Below are positions 17,128 through 28,400 of a stretch of DNA of 64,000 nucleotides, in pieces. A program made the translations under genes and the position numbers. Under the pieces are notes generated by a model that searched no databases, was not told the origin of the DNA, and saw nothing but the letters and a program-made list of their open reading frames with translations. The stretch is taken from the NCBI GenBank assembly GCA_016188425.1, contig JACPHX010000006.1, positions 28,585-92,584 on the forward strand. Reading direction: 5' to 3'. Positions within the stretch are counted from its first letter, which is position 1; the number at the start of each line of letters is the position of its first letter. This DNA is from Candidatus Uhrbacteria bacterium (lineage in GTDB: Bacteria > Patescibacteriota > Patescibacteriia > UBA9934 > GWF2-40-263).

Positions 17128-18306
17128 TTATTTGAAATACTTAGGATCTGCTTCCTGAAGCACGACGGAAATGGCGATGTCCGCTCCCCCACGACGCACA
17201 AGCAGTTCAACGTGATCCGCGGGATGAAACGGAGCCAATGACTGGCTCAAGGTCTTGGCAAACGAAAGCGCTTGGCCGTTTATAGAAACAATAATATCAC
17301 CATCTTTGACTCCTGCCTGCTCCGCCGGAGATCCCGCGAGTACCGCGGCGCCTTCCCCGCCGGAAATCCACGCCCCATGGTCGATATCCAACCCAGCCTG
17401 TGAGGCGATATCCGGGGTGAGCATGATGTAGCGCACGCCAAGCCATGGACGAACGATGCGCCCGAATTGTCGGATATCGGAAACGACGCGGGCGACATCG
17501 TTGGAAGGGATGGCAAACCCGATGGCCTCCCCTTCGTTGTTCACCGCCGTGTTAACGCCAATCACGTTGCCGGACAAATTGATGAGCGGACCGCCCGAAT
17601 TCCCAGGATTAATCGCCGCGTCCGTTTGGATGGCTTGTTCGATAATTTCAGATCGTCCCATCCACATCCCGGCCGCTACGCGACGATTGAGGCCAGAAAT
17701 GACTCCTTTGGTCACGGTGTTTTGATATTCGGACAACGTGTTCCCGATCGCGATCACCGTCTGACCGACCTGCAGGCCGTCTGAATCTCCTAAGGAAACC
17801 ATTGGAAACGGCCCCCCATCTACTTTCAACACTGCCAGGTCGAGAATTGGATCGGTGGCAATGAGCGTGGCGGAGAGTTCCCGCCCTGAATCGGTAATAA
17901 CGACAAATACCTGGTTCTCCTCATCAACGACATGTCGGTTGGTGACGACATACCCATCCCCCGTGACAAAGAACCCCGTGCCGCCCCCTACTTGAATGAG
18001 CGTGTCTGCCCCCGACCCTTCGCTGGACATGTTTCTTCCAAGAACCCGTCGCGGCCGTTTCACCGCAATACTCACCACCGCAGGGGAAACATGTTCAACC
18101 ACAGAAATCGTCGCCCGCTCTTCCTCCGCAAGCAAGGGATCCGTGAGGGAAGAAATACGGGGATCCGCCGTCTTGGGGACAGAAGAAACCCACAACGTCA
18201 CGCCGGTGGCGAACGCCGCGACCAAAGCGCATAAGGCGAGCTGGAACAGAATCCAAGAAACGGGGGGACGCGAAGACATAGGAGAAGATGGGGATAACGA
18301 ATCCAC
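17128..18306 (-). CDS. htrA: HtrA/DegP-family serine protease (S1C + PDZ)
   Basis: TNRHV, DLAVL, QTDAAINPGNSGGPL, PDZ; start codon uncertain. Confidence 0.93.
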   Translation of the reverse strand: MDSLSPSSPMSSRPPVSWILFQLALCALVAAFATGVTLWVSSVPKTADPRISSLTDPLLAEEERATISVVEHVSPAVVSIAVKRPRRVLGRNMSSEGSGADTLIQVGGGTGFFVTGDGYVVTNRHVVDEENQVFVVITDSGRELSATLIATDPILDLAVLKVDGGPFPMVSLGDSDGLQVGQTVIAIGNTLSEYQNTVTKGVISGLNRRVAAGMWMGRSEIIEQAIQTDAAINPGNSGGPLINLSGNVIGVNTAVNNEGEAIGFAIPSNDVARVVSDIRQFGRIVRPWLGVRYIMLTPDIASQAGLDIDHGAWISGGEGAAVLAGSPAEQAGVKDGDIIVSINGQALSFAKTLSQSLAPFHPADHVELLVRRGGADIAISVVLQEADPKYFK

Positions 18307-18783
18307 TTATGAACGTACCTTTTTTTGCCGGCGCCGCTTGCTCAACTCGCGCAGCGCCCGTTCGAACATCTCGACATCCTCGAACGATTGGTAAACGGAG
18401 GCGAAGCGGATGTACGCTACTTTATCAAACTGCCGCAAACGCTTCATGAGCAACTCGCCGATCTGCGCGCTCGTAATTTCCCCTTGGGATTTTTTCTGGA
18501 TGTCGCGCTCCACGCTCTTTACGAGTTGATTGAACTGCTCTTCCGTGTACGGCCGCTTCTCCAGGGCTTTTTTCAACCCATGGACCACCTTCTCACGGGA
18601 ATACTGTTCCCGCCGGCCGTCCCGCTTCACCACGGACAATCCCAAAAGTTCCACTTCTTCCAACGTAGAAAAACGGAACGCGCATTTCAAACACTCGCGG
18701 CGGCGGCGGATGCTGGCGCCATCGCTAGAGAGGCGCGAGTCTACCACCTTCGTTTCGGCGTGGCCGCAGAGGACGCATTGCAT
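18307..18783 (-). CDS. nrdR: Transcriptional repressor NrdR
   Basis: MQCVLC...VVDSR...RRRRECLKC; ATP cone; AYIRFASVY. Confidence 0.97.
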   Translation of the reverse strand: MQCVLCGHAETKVVDSRLSSDGASIRRRRECLKCAFRFSTLEEVELLGLSVVKRDGRREQYSREKVVHGLKKALEKRPYTEEQFNQLVKSVERDIQKKSQGEITSAQIGELLMKRLRQFDKVAYIRFASVYQSFEDVEMFERALRELSKRRRQKKVRS

Positions 18784-18797
18784 AAAATACAAAGGGG

Positions 18798-18966
18798 GGG
18801 TGAACAAGAGAAACCAAGGGCGAACAAGAGTGAACAGGAGAGATGGAAGAAAACTATCCTAATTGGAACAAACGAACGAAGACGGAGTTCAAAAATCAAA
18901 AATTATCAATGTCTCTTTCCTTCTCCCTTGTTCTCACTTGTTCACCCTTGTCATCCCTTGTTCACC
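18798..18966. repeat. Paired inverted 10-bp tandem arrays (GGGTGAACAA family)
   Basis: 4 units, ~85-bp spacer, 4 reverse-complement units; second pair at 24452-24597. Confidence 0.8.
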
Positions 18967-18974
18967 TTCCTCCC

Positions 18975-20279
18975 CTACATCATTTTCTTCCTAATAAACG
19001 CCGGGATCTCCATGTCTTCTTCTTCGGAATGCGCGGGGGGATTGCTCATGGGCGAGCGAGGAGCATTCGGCCGATCCATGGGAGGGAGAGGTTTTGGACG
19101 AGGCGGTTCCGGGGCGCGCATCGGAGGAGGATCTATTCGGTATTCATTGGGTTTCATCCGTACAGGCATCTGCTTTGGTTGATACGGAGGGATGGAGGGG
19201 GGAGGAGAGGGGGGGGAGGCGGAGGGAGAACGGCGTTCTGGTTCCCTGGGACGCAATAAATTCCCCGGGGTCCAGACGCCTTGGGAAGGAACTTCAACGG
19301 CATCTGGCGTGACCCGACGGCGCTCACGGCTATCGAACCCCGTCGCCACGACAGAGATCCGAATTTCGTCTTTCAAATTCGGGTCAACGTTCGCGCCAAA
19401 AATAACCTTTGCATCTTCATCGGCTGAACCAGTGATGACCTTCGCCGCCTCGGCTACCTCGTGCATACCCATATCTTCCCCACCGGTAATCGTAAACAGG
19501 ATGCCTTTGGCCCCGTCGATGGAAAGCTCCAGCAGTGGACTGGCGACGGCCTGCTTGGCCGCATCCACCGCCCTATTCTCTCCGCTTGCCTTTCCGATAC
19601 CCATAAGGGCGGAACCGGAATTTTCCATAATCGCCTTCACGTCGGCAAAGTCGACATTGATAAGACCCGGGATGGTGATGAGTTCAGAAATGCCTTGCAC
19701 CCCCTGCCGAAGGACATCGTCCACTACGCGGAAGGCGTCTAGGAGCGACGTCTTCTTATCGATAATTTGCAGCACCCGGTCATTGGGGATGGTGATGATC
19801 GCGTCTACATACTGGCTTAACCGCTCATAGGCCTCGTCCGCGATACGGCGCCGCTGCGCCCCTTCAAACCCAAAAGGCTTGGTGACAACCGCCACCGTGA
19901 GCGCCCCGAGGTCTTTGGCGATCTTCGCCACCTCTGGGCCGCCGCCTGAACCAGTGCCACCACCCAGGCCACAGGTGAGGAACACCATGTCTGCTCCGGT
20001 GAGTGCCTCTCGCAACTCGTTCTGATTCTCCTCCGCCGCCCGCTTGCCCACTTCCGGATTCATGCCCGCTCCCAAACCTCGCGTGAGCGTTTTCCCGATG
20101 GCAATCTTCTGCATGGCTAAATTTTGGTTCAAGGCCTGAACATCGGTGTTCACGGCAATGAACTGCACCCCCTTTATTTCGTCACGGATCATGCGATTGA
20201 GCGCGGCTCCCCCACCCCCGCCAATGCCAACAACCTTTATTTTCGCGAAGGTTTCGATATCCGGTTTCACTTCACCCAT
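18975..20279 (-). CDS. ftsZ: Cell division protein FtsZ
   Basis: GGGTGSG, NVDFAD, C-terminal EIPAFIRKK. Confidence 0.98.
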   Translation of the reverse strand: MGEVKPDIETFAKIKVVGIGGGGGAALNRMIRDEIKGVQFIAVNTDVQALNQNLAMQKIAIGKTLTRGLGAGMNPEVGKRAAEENQNELREALTGADMVFLTCGLGGGTGSGGGPEVAKIAKDLGALTVAVVTKPFGFEGAQRRRIADEAYERLSQYVDAIITIPNDRVLQIIDKKTSLLDAFRVVDDVLRQGVQGISELITIPGLINVDFADVKAIMENSGSALMGIGKASGENRAVDAAKQAVASPLLELSIDGAKGILFTITGGEDMGMHEVAEAAKVITGSADEDAKVIFGANVDPNLKDEIRISVVATGFDSRERRRVTPDAVEVPSQGVWTPGNLLRPREPERRSPSASPPSPPPSIPPYQPKQMPVRMKPNEYRIDPPPMRAPEPPRPKPLPPMDRPNAPRSPMSNPPAHSEEEDMEIPAFIRKKMM

Positions 20280-20414
20280 AGTGAGGATCTGATGAACAAT
20301 TCAAGTATTCAAAATGGGAAATTTCTCCCACGAAATCCAGCTAACTGTACCGCCCTGGTGTTCAGAATGTCAAACAAAAATATCCCCGCTGATCTGCGGG
20401 GATATTTTTGTGTC

Positions 20415-21683
20415 TCACGGTTTCATGCCGCGAAAAATTCGTTTCAAGCCGTCTGTCAATTTCCCCCACAACCCACCGATCCCTCGCAACACCCCCCCGC
20501 CTCCCGCTTTCCCGCCTCCCGCCCCTGTCCCCGATTGGTTCCCCCAAAGAGCAAGTCCGACGGCCGTGCTGAATGCAGGATCGGAAATTCGGTCGATAAC
20601 CGATGTTACCAGCTGGGGAGCGGCGATCGCGCAAGGAAGCCGAAGAGATGTCTTGGCGCAATCCAACGCCCCTGTAAGTTTGGACCCGCCCCCTGTGAGA
20701 AGTACTCCGGAGGGAAGCATGCCAGACCGGTCAACCTTACGGAGCTCTTTGTCGACCAAATCGAACATTTCTGAAAGCCGAGCCTCGGTGATATCGGCTA
20801 TGAAGCGCCTTCCCACGATCTCTGGTTCAGAAGAACCGAAATCTGCCAGGTTTATTTCTTCTTCGCGAGCGACGTCATCCGGCCGACACGTCGCCGTCTG
20901 CAACTTTATGGATTCGGCTGTTTCCAAGCTTGTACGAAGCCCGATGGCAATGTCGGAAGTGATGTGATCGCCGCCCACCGGCAAGACGGCCGTATGCAGC
21001 ACGTCGCCTTCCTCGTAGACAACGAGACTGGTTGTGGACGCGCCAATATTCAGTACCGCAACCCCCAACTCACGCTGGCGCGGGGTCGCCACTGCCTCCC
21101 CTGTCGCTAAAATAGAAAATACCAAATCGTTAATATCTATCCCCGTTCTATACACGCACTTGCTCAGGTTTTTTATCTGAGAAGAAAGCCCCTGAATAAT
21201 AAGGGCGTCCACCTCAAGGCGTATCCCGTTCATGCCGATCGGATCCTTGATACCCCGCTGGCCGTCGACAATAAAGCTTTTTGGAAGGACATGGATGATT
21301 TCGTAATTGGTGGGGGTTGCTACGGTTCGAGCTGCCTCCAACGCCCGATCGACATCTTCCTCGCGGATTTCACCGTCGGACCGGCCAACGCCAATGACCC
21401 CGCGGCTTTCCTGGGCGATGATGTGGCTGCCATTGATGCCGACCCAGGCATCGTTTATGGGAACACCCGTGATTCGCTCTGCTTGTTCTATCGCTCGAGA
21501 CACCGAGGACACGGCCTCCTCGAGATTGCTGATGGTTCCTTTTGCAATCCCAGAAGAGGCGACCTCGATCGCGCCGATGATATGCATGAGATCGCGCCCT
21601 TCTTCGGACGGCACTAATTTCCCGACCGCCACGCGGACCGCCGAAGAACCTATATCGATACCTGTATAAATTTCCTCCCGCAT
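20415..21683 (-). CDS. ftsA: Cell division protein FtsA
   Basis: GIDIGSS, GGDHITSDIA, LTGGGS; upstream of ftsZ. Confidence 0.97.
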   Translation of the reverse strand: MREEIYTGIDIGSSAVRVAVGKLVPSEEGRDLMHIIGAIEVASSGIAKGTISNLEEAVSSVSRAIEQAERITGVPINDAWVGINGSHIIAQESRGVIGVGRSDGEIREEDVDRALEAARTVATPTNYEIIHVLPKSFIVDGQRGIKDPIGMNGIRLEVDALIIQGLSSQIKNLSKCVYRTGIDINDLVFSILATGEAVATPRQRELGVAVLNIGASTTSLVVYEEGDVLHTAVLPVGGDHITSDIAIGLRTSLETAESIKLQTATCRPDDVAREEEINLADFGSSEPEIVGRRFIADITEARLSEMFDLVDKELRKVDRSGMLPSGVLLTGGGSKLTGALDCAKTSLRLPCAIAAPQLVTSVIDRISDPAFSTAVGLALWGNQSGTGAGGGKAGGGGVLRGIGGLWGKLTDGLKRIFRGMKP

Positions 21684-21775
21684 AAGACCTGAACGAAGAA
21701 AATAGCTAAGGGGAATAATGGGCACCCCTCACCGTGTTCCCCCTAGTATAAAGGAAGCGGCGTCTGCCGGCAAAA

Positions 21776-22150
21776 TCAACCCGAGACAAAGAGCCCCCAG
21801 AGCCGAGGCAAAAAGATGTTCAACCCGATTATAGCAGCGGCAACGGAAGCGATCAGCACCGCGCCCGCCATAATATCCTTCAATTCTCCCACGATCGGAT
21901 GAATACGCGATTTGAACGTATCGGCAATCCGCTCCAGGGTGCTATTGATAAGCTCCAGCACCAGCACCGAAGGAATCAGCAATAGAATGACAATTCGTTC
22001 CGCCCGGGACAACTCCAAAAGGAAGGAGAAAATGAACGCCAGAACACCGACAAAACATTGAATACGAAAATTCTGTTCACCTCGAAAGACAATGGCAACC
22101 CCATGCAGAGCATGACGAACGCTGCGGACAAACTTTGGAAAATTGATCAT
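21776..22150 (-). CDS. dgkA: DgkA-family diacylglycerol/undecaprenol kinase
   Basis: EQNFRIQ, ELINSTLERIAD, KDIMAGAVL. Confidence 0.9.
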   Translation of the reverse strand: MINFPKFVRSVRHALHGVAIVFRGEQNFRIQCFVGVLAFIFSFLLELSRAERIVILLLIPSVLVLELINSTLERIADTFKSRIHPIVGELKDIMAGAVLIASVAAAIIGLNIFLPRLWGLFVSG

Positions 22151-22662
22151 AGACGTGAGTCGATGGAGAGCGATTTCAGAATCCGTTCTTGGAGCGGGAA
22201 CATCTGTTTGGCATCGACGGGACGTTCATGGTCGAATCCGAACAAATGAAGCAGGCCGTGAACAAGGAGGAAGACGACCTCGTCGCGGGTAGCGTGGCCG
22301 CGCTCAAGCGCCTGGCGGCGAGCTTGATCGTAGGAGATGAGGACTTCGCCCACGACCCCCCTGCCCCCCTGCCCCCATTCCGCGGCACCCCCCCTGCCCC
22401 CCTTGGCAGGGGGGTTCTGCAGGGGGAAGGACAGGACGTCGGTGAGGCGGTCCTTTCCGCGGTAGTGGCGATTGATGGATTGCATCTGTTTGGGGCCGAC
22501 GAAGGCGACGGAGACGAGCCAAACCCCCCTGCCCCCCTTTGGAGGGGGGTTCTTCGAAAGGGCAAGGGCGACGGCGTCTGTGGTACGGTGCGCCAAAGCC
22601 AAAGGGAGGCGTTGCCCCCCTTTGAGTATCGACTGGTTTAGGTCCAGATGTATGGTCGGCAT
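22147..22662 (-). CDS. ybeY: rRNA maturation RNase YbeY with two in-frame repeat insertions
   Basis: N..YRGKD..TDVLSF, HGLLHLFGFDH. Confidence 0.95.
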   Translation of the reverse strand: MPTIHLDLNQSILKGGQRLPLALAHRTTDAVALALSKNPPPKGGRGVWLVSVAFVGPKQMQSINRHYRGKDRLTDVLSFPLQNPPAKGGRGGAAEWGQGGRGVVGEVLISYDQARRQALERGHATRDEVVFLLVHGLLHLFGFDHERPVDAKQMFPLQERILKSLSIDSRL

Positions 22663-22762
22663 AAGGCAGGACGCAAGGGGCGCAAGAGGTCCAAGAGGCG
22701 CAAGGGGAGGAATCTTTGGGTGAGATTTAAACCAACCCGCAGGACGGTTTGGAAACCTGCCG

Positions 22763-23752
22763 TTACGGGATGATTTCGATACTGTTGATCATCATCTGGA
22801 ATGTCTGCAAATAATCGATGGTGGATTTGCCGTCTCCGTCGTAGACCAGGGAATAGGAGCTATTCCCGATGACAACCCAGGCCTTGAGCTGATCCTCGGA
22901 CATGAGCATTGGGTAGCCGTTCTTGGTTTTCGTTTCAAAGATCTTCTCTTGCGGGAATTGCTCATCGTGCCATTTCCGCAAAGAAACGATGTCGTCCTGA
23001 ACGCCCCCCGTGTTTACCGACACGCTCTCTGCGCTTGGGACGACAAATTTTAGCAGAGGTTCCTTCTCGCTTTTCCCATCCACTTTCGTCCAGATCGCGG
23101 GATAGAGCAAACGAATCCCACCCTTTCCAAACGGAACCAGGTCGACGGACTTCACAAGCCCCGTCTGCAACAAAGTGGCGGGGGCGGTCCCGTTGGGATT
23201 GTAGCGGTGGAATACTTCGTTCCCATCCAGGAATCCGTCCTTATCCGTGTCTGGTAACCGAGGATCGGTCTTGTAGATATTATTTTCCTCAACGTCCGTC
23301 AGCCCATCGCTATCGGAATCAATCCCCGGCGTCTTTACCGCGGAGACAGGGGGTTTCACCTCTGGGGGTTTCGGCGGCTCGACGATAGGAGGAACAACAG
23401 GGGGCTTAGGTTGAACGATCGGTGCTGGCTCCGGAGCGAGCCACTTAGGAATAAGAAAAAAGGCGGCGATCCCCCCAGCCACAAGGAACAGAAACAAAAA
23501 CACGACGAAGATCATTTTCTTGGAAGAACCTTTACGAGAAAGCGCAAGGGGCGCAGGAGGCACAGGGGGCGCAAGGGGTTTGGGCGAAGGATGAGGGACT
23601 GGGACGGACGTTTTTGCAGCGGGCTCGACGAGCTTTACCTCGGCTCCGTGGCGGTAAGCGACTGGCATCGTGAAAAGACGCATGCCACCATTGGAAGATG
23701 CGACGGTTTCAGATGCGGGGATTTGAAAGGCCATGGCGCCAGCCCCAGGCAT
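22763..23752 (-). CDS. Membrane-anchored protein with TSP3-like Ca-binding repeats
   Basis: TM, Pro linker, DSDSDGLTDVEE...TDP...DTDKDGFLDG.EV. Confidence 0.8.
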   Translation of the reverse strand: MPGAGAMAFQIPASETVASSNGGMRLFTMPVAYRHGAEVKLVEPAAKTSVPVPHPSPKPLAPPVPPAPLALSRKGSSKKMIFVVFLFLFLVAGGIAAFFLIPKWLAPEPAPIVQPKPPVVPPIVEPPKPPEVKPPVSAVKTPGIDSDSDGLTDVEENNIYKTDPRLPDTDKDGFLDGNEVFHRYNPNGTAPATLLQTGLVKSVDLVPFGKGGIRLLYPAIWTKVDGKSEKEPLLKFVVPSAESVSVNTGGVQDDIVSLRKWHDEQFPQEKIFETKTKNGYPMLMSEDQLKAWVVIGNSSYSLVYDGDGKSTIDYLQTFQMMINSIEIIP

Positions 23753-23755
23753 AGG

Positions 23756-24442
23756 TTATGGGGTTACAGGTGCAACAGGAGCCGGAAGAAGCTTCCCTTC
23801 CCCCGCGGGGTTATAGCCGTTTTTTACTTCTGTGCCATCCGCAAACCCATCGCCATCGGAATCGGCATTTTTTGGATTAGTTTTGTATTTCATGATTTCC
23901 TCCCGGTCGGACAACCCGTCTCCGTCGGTATCCGCCACGCTTGGATTCGTCCCGTAAAACGCTTCTTCTTGGTCTGTCAGGCCATCGCCATCCGTATCCG
24001 TAGCGGCCACAGGTGCTGGAGTTGGGGTGGTTATTGGAGCAACTGGAGGAGCTTCTGTCGTCGGTTCCACAACAGGCGGAGTGACTGGCTCTGTGGGAGG
24101 CGCTTGGGTGTTCGGCGGCGCTTGTGGAGCAGGTTGTGGCGTCTGATCGAGAAACGGAATCCCCTTTGACTGTTGTGCCAGCAATGTAAACGCCACGTAT
24201 GCCGCGGCGACAATGACGACTAAAACGCCGACGACAATGAGAATTGCCTTCCATGGGAAACCGCCACGGGAGGACTCTTCCAGGGGCGCAGGGGGCGCAA
24301 GAGGCACAAGGGGCGCAGGGGGTTCGGAAGGGAGGGGGACGGGAGACGGGAGGCGGGGAGCGGAGGGCGTTGGCAAAGCGGGAGGGGCTTCTGTGGTGTC
24401 CGCGAACATATCTTCGGGCTCTGGGGTGAGTTGGTCGGGCAT
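23756..24442 (-). CDS. Membrane-anchored protein with TSP3-like Ca-binding repeats
   Basis: TM, Pro/Thr linker, 3x DTDGDG(L/F)xDxxE; start re-set to MPDQL. Confidence 0.8.
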   Translation of the reverse strand: MPDQLTPEPEDMFADTTEAPPALPTPSAPRLPSPVPLPSEPPAPLVPLAPPAPLEESSRGGFPWKAILIVVGVLVVIVAAAYVAFTLLAQQSKGIPFLDQTPQPAPQAPPNTQAPPTEPVTPPVVEPTTEAPPVAPITTPTPAPVAATDTDGDGLTDQEEAFYGTNPSVADTDGDGLSDREEIMKYKTNPKNADSDGDGFADGTEVKNGYNPAGEGKLLPAPVAPVTP

Positions 24443-24607
24443 AGGGGGAAGGGTGACCAAGGGTGAACAAGAGAGAACAAGGGTGAACAAGGGGGGGAAT
24501 TAGTAGGACGTTAACAATCAGAACAAATGAAACAAATCATTTTCATGTTTTTATAAAACTATTCGCTTCCTCCCCTCTTGTTCTATCTTGTTCACCCTCC
24601 TATTCTA

Positions 24608-25450
24608 TCACAACCTCCCCGGCCCGGCAGGGCTGTAGCCGCTGCGGACTTCGTCGGCATCTTGGTACCCGTCGCCGTCGGAGTCGACATTCGTGTCGCT
24701 GGAGCCGTATTTTGCTTCGGTATAGGCGTCCAGACCATCACCGTCGCGGTCGCCAGAGCCGACGATGTCCAGACAATCAATACGAATCAGCTCCAGGGCA
24801 ATCTCTTTGCAAAAGTCTGGATTGCGCGCCGCGATGGCCGCCTGTTTCTTGGACAAGCCATCACACACGTCTGCCGGACGGTTCATCTGGTTGCATTGAT
24901 CGATGGTAAGCCCCGTAAAGAAAAACGACTCGCAAGAGACACGACTCGCCTCATCTTTGATGTTCGCGCAGGCATCAATCTTCAACCCATTCGTCGCTTG
25001 GGCGCGATATTGCAGATCGGCACACGCATCTTTCGATTCCTGGGTCGAAAGCCCTTCGCAGGCCGACGCATCCATAGACGCATTCGCCGCTTGCCAAAGG
25101 CACGCATCCTTGAGGTCCGCCGCCAAGTCCTTGCAGGCCCCCACCTTCCCCTGCCCGCCCATGGCTTCCGCTTTCAAACGATCGAGGCAGGCCTGGCGGT
25201 CTATGGCAGCATCACATTCCTGTCCCGATACCTGAGACGCCGCTTGCTGTGCCGCTTCTTTCACGGAGCGCTGCGTGGCGCGCCGGGAGAAGAAGAAAAT
25301 CATCCCAACGACGAGAAGGGCAACAACAAACACCGCCACGCCTACAAGCACAAACGTGCGGCGTCGGGGACCCCCCCAGGCCCCCCCTTTAGGAAGGGGG
25401 GGACTAAGGGGGGGTTCCCAGGCATTGTCGTAGAGCGGTTGGTTGTCCAT
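24608..25450 (-). CDS. Membrane-anchored Cys-repeat protein with C-terminal TSP3-like repeats
   Basis: TM; repeated C..(L/I).......C units; DRDGDGL, DSDGDGY. Confidence 0.8.
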   Translation of the reverse strand: MDNQPLYDNAWEPPLSPPLPKGGAWGGPRRRTFVLVGVAVFVVALLVVGMIFFFSRRATQRSVKEAAQQAASQVSGQECDAAIDRQACLDRLKAEAMGGQGKVGACKDLAADLKDACLWQAANASMDASACEGLSTQESKDACADLQYRAQATNGLKIDACANIKDEASRVSCESFFFTGLTIDQCNQMNRPADVCDGLSKKQAAIAARNPDFCKEIALELIRIDCLDIVGSGDRDGDGLDAYTEAKYGSSDTNVDSDGDGYQDADEVRSGYSPAGPGRL

Positions 25451-25453
25451 AGA

Positions 25454-28400
25454 TTAGCGGGCCGGGCATGCCGCGGCGCTGACGTTGGAGATGGTGCATC
25501 CGGTGGGACAATCGGCCCGGATATTTATAGGAATCGATGAAACGCCGTCACAGCCCAGAAGTCCCGCAGGAATCGGAATGATTTGTCCGACCCCTTGCGT
25601 CAGGATCCCAACCGATTGCACCGTGTTCCCATCCCTATCCTTCCCTGTCACCGTGACGCTAAACGGCGAGAAAGAGTCGACAATGAACCTGGCGGCGGAG
25701 ATGAATACGCTCTGCGTCCAGGCGGTGTAGGCGTATTCCACGCCGGTGTTTGGCCCGCAGACGCGCGGCGAAGAAAGATCTGTCGATGTGCGGTAGTGCT
25801 GCAGCTGGGTTTGGGTCGGAGTGGTAGGCGACGCGTTCCCCCAAGCGCACAGGTCATTGGTGACGGAAGCCATGACGCCCGCTCGCTCGACTCCCGCCGT
25901 ATCCACCAAAGGATCCATTGTATTCGTGATCGTGAGGGAATACACGCGACGGGCAGGGTTCTTGAGACTGCCGTCGGGATTCTTCACGATGTTCACCAGG
26001 TTCCAGGCAGGAGAGTCTACCGGATCTGAATCGGAGACGATAATCATGACCTGATCCGCCGAACCCGAGAACATGCCATTGGCCACACTCACCCCCGCGT
26101 TGACAAGCGCACTTCCCGCCGCATCTGCCCCGGTGAGGTTCACGACTTTGTTTCTTGCCAGATTGGTATCCGCATCGAGCGCCTGACCGACCGCGGCTCT
26201 GTCACCAAATACCGCCAACCCCACTCGCAAGATTTTCCCAGACCCCTGCCATCGATTCCGCATCAAGTCGATTTGCGCCGCCACCGCATCTCCCGCCTCC
26301 TGCAGACGGGTAGAGCCCCCGAACGCCCTGGACATGCTCGCGGTCTTATCCAGCACGAACACGACATCCGTGTCATGGGGCGCGGGGGCGCCCGGGATGC
26401 GAACGTCCATGGTGAGGGTACTCAACACGGAACACACGGGGAGAAACACTTTCGCATCGTTGGGGAATTGCCCCGAGGCCTGGCTGAAGAGCGTCACGGA
26501 ATCGACCAAGGTGGAGTTTACGATTTCTGGGAGCATCCGAGCTTTTTGGGAAGTGAACACGGGTGGGCAGGTAGACGCGCAATCACCGGCGCATTTGGCA
26601 ACGACGCAGACTCCTCCGCCTCCTACGCAACTCGGGTCCAGCAGGGCGTCGACGCTCGCATCGCGCACACAACGCATCCCCACATTCGTTCCTCCATCAC
26701 AATAGCCGATTTCTTTACAACTTGTGCCGACCGTCGAACATGCTCCGCCTGGGAACGTACAGGCCCCTCCCATCAAAACACCGGGGGACGGAAAAGTAAT
26801 GATCCCGGAACAAATCCCGGCGCTATTCGCCGCCATCAATCCGTCGCAAAGTTCGGTCCCTTCAATGACATTGTTTCCACAAAACGCCCCCGTCACCGTT
26901 TCAAAGCGGCAGTCTCGGGTACAGCCCGTACACACGCCGCCGTAGGGGGCGTTGCAGCCGTTCCCGTTTTGGCTGCCGTTGTCGCAGGATTCGACTCCTA
27001 AATTCACGACATTGTCGCCGCAGACGGCTGTTTTACAGCTATTAGTACATCCATCGTTGTCGTTTCGATTTCCGTCATCGCATTCTTCGGTGCCGGTCTT
27101 CCGCCCGTCGCCGCAATACTGACCGCCGCCGTTTGGTGAACCAACACGATCATATCCTTTGCAGGCATTCGCTCCAGAGGTCGAACAAGTCAATGAATAC
27201 TGGATTGGATACGTTTGAGCGGAACACGATCCTCTCACATAATCGGCATCTCCCGGAACACCCTTGTCGCAATTTTGCGGGATGGAACAGATCCCTCCTA
27301 TCTTCACTGGATCCCCCTGATCACAGACATTTGAAAGGACAGGAAACACGCAGGGTGTTGTGTCGACAGGACAATCGGCCACGCCATCACCTGTACAATA
27401 ATTCGTCGGATCCAGTTCACAATATCCCACCGGCTCTTTTGCATATCGTGTTGCCGGATCATTCGGATCGCAAATTTCATTGTTCGCCGTCTGCACCAGC
27501 CCGTCCCCGCACGACGGACCGACGCCGCGGCAGTCCGCGGCGCACGCAGAACCATACTCGCCGTTTCGCAATGTCCCGCAATGCGCCGCCGTTGCCCAGC
27601 CGCCCAGCGCGGTACTGAACAGGCCGCCGCAGTCACAACTCTCACCAGCGTCCAAAGTTCCATCTCCACAGATGTTCCGCTGTGTCCCCGTCGCGATCTG
27701 ACAATCGGAGGGGCAGTGGCCGTAGGTGCCGTTGAGGAAACCTTCGTCGCAATCCTCGTCTTCATCCGGCACGCCGTTGCCGCATTGGTAGGCGACACAG
27801 GTGGCGGAGGAACCGGTATCCGTTGTGAAGGCGCAGACATTCTGGGTCATGGGGGTACAGGCGGCGCCGGAGACGCCACAGGTGCCGCTTCCCAAACAAT
27901 TGGAGTCGGACACGCAATGCAACCCATCTCGAATTCCACCCGAACAAATCTTGCAATTGGCAGCGACAGCACACGCTCCAAAACTCGGATCTCCTCCACA
28001 GAACAATGTTGCACAATAGAGCGACGCGCTTTCGCAGTCAGCCGTTGTTGTACAGGAACGTTGGTAGGGTAATTGACCAGGAGCGAACGTGACGGCGCAC
28101 AATCCCGCCGTGGGTGCACACGGGACGAGTTTGTGTCCGTCCTTTTCGACCGACCGATCACAGGTAATGCTTGGACAATCGGTCGCCTGCGTCGCCACCG
28201 TACATGTCGTGTTCGCAGCAGCCGTCCCCCCGACGCATTTCAAGGTCGCCGGATCACAGCTTCCTCCAGGCGTCGTCGCGCAATCTGTTGCCTCGGAACA
28301 ATACGACCCGTCGCGCGTCCCTCCTTTGCAATACCCAAGCTTACAATCTACCGGTTTAATCTGCCCGACTTCACAAAACTCATTCGCCCCTTGGATGCCG

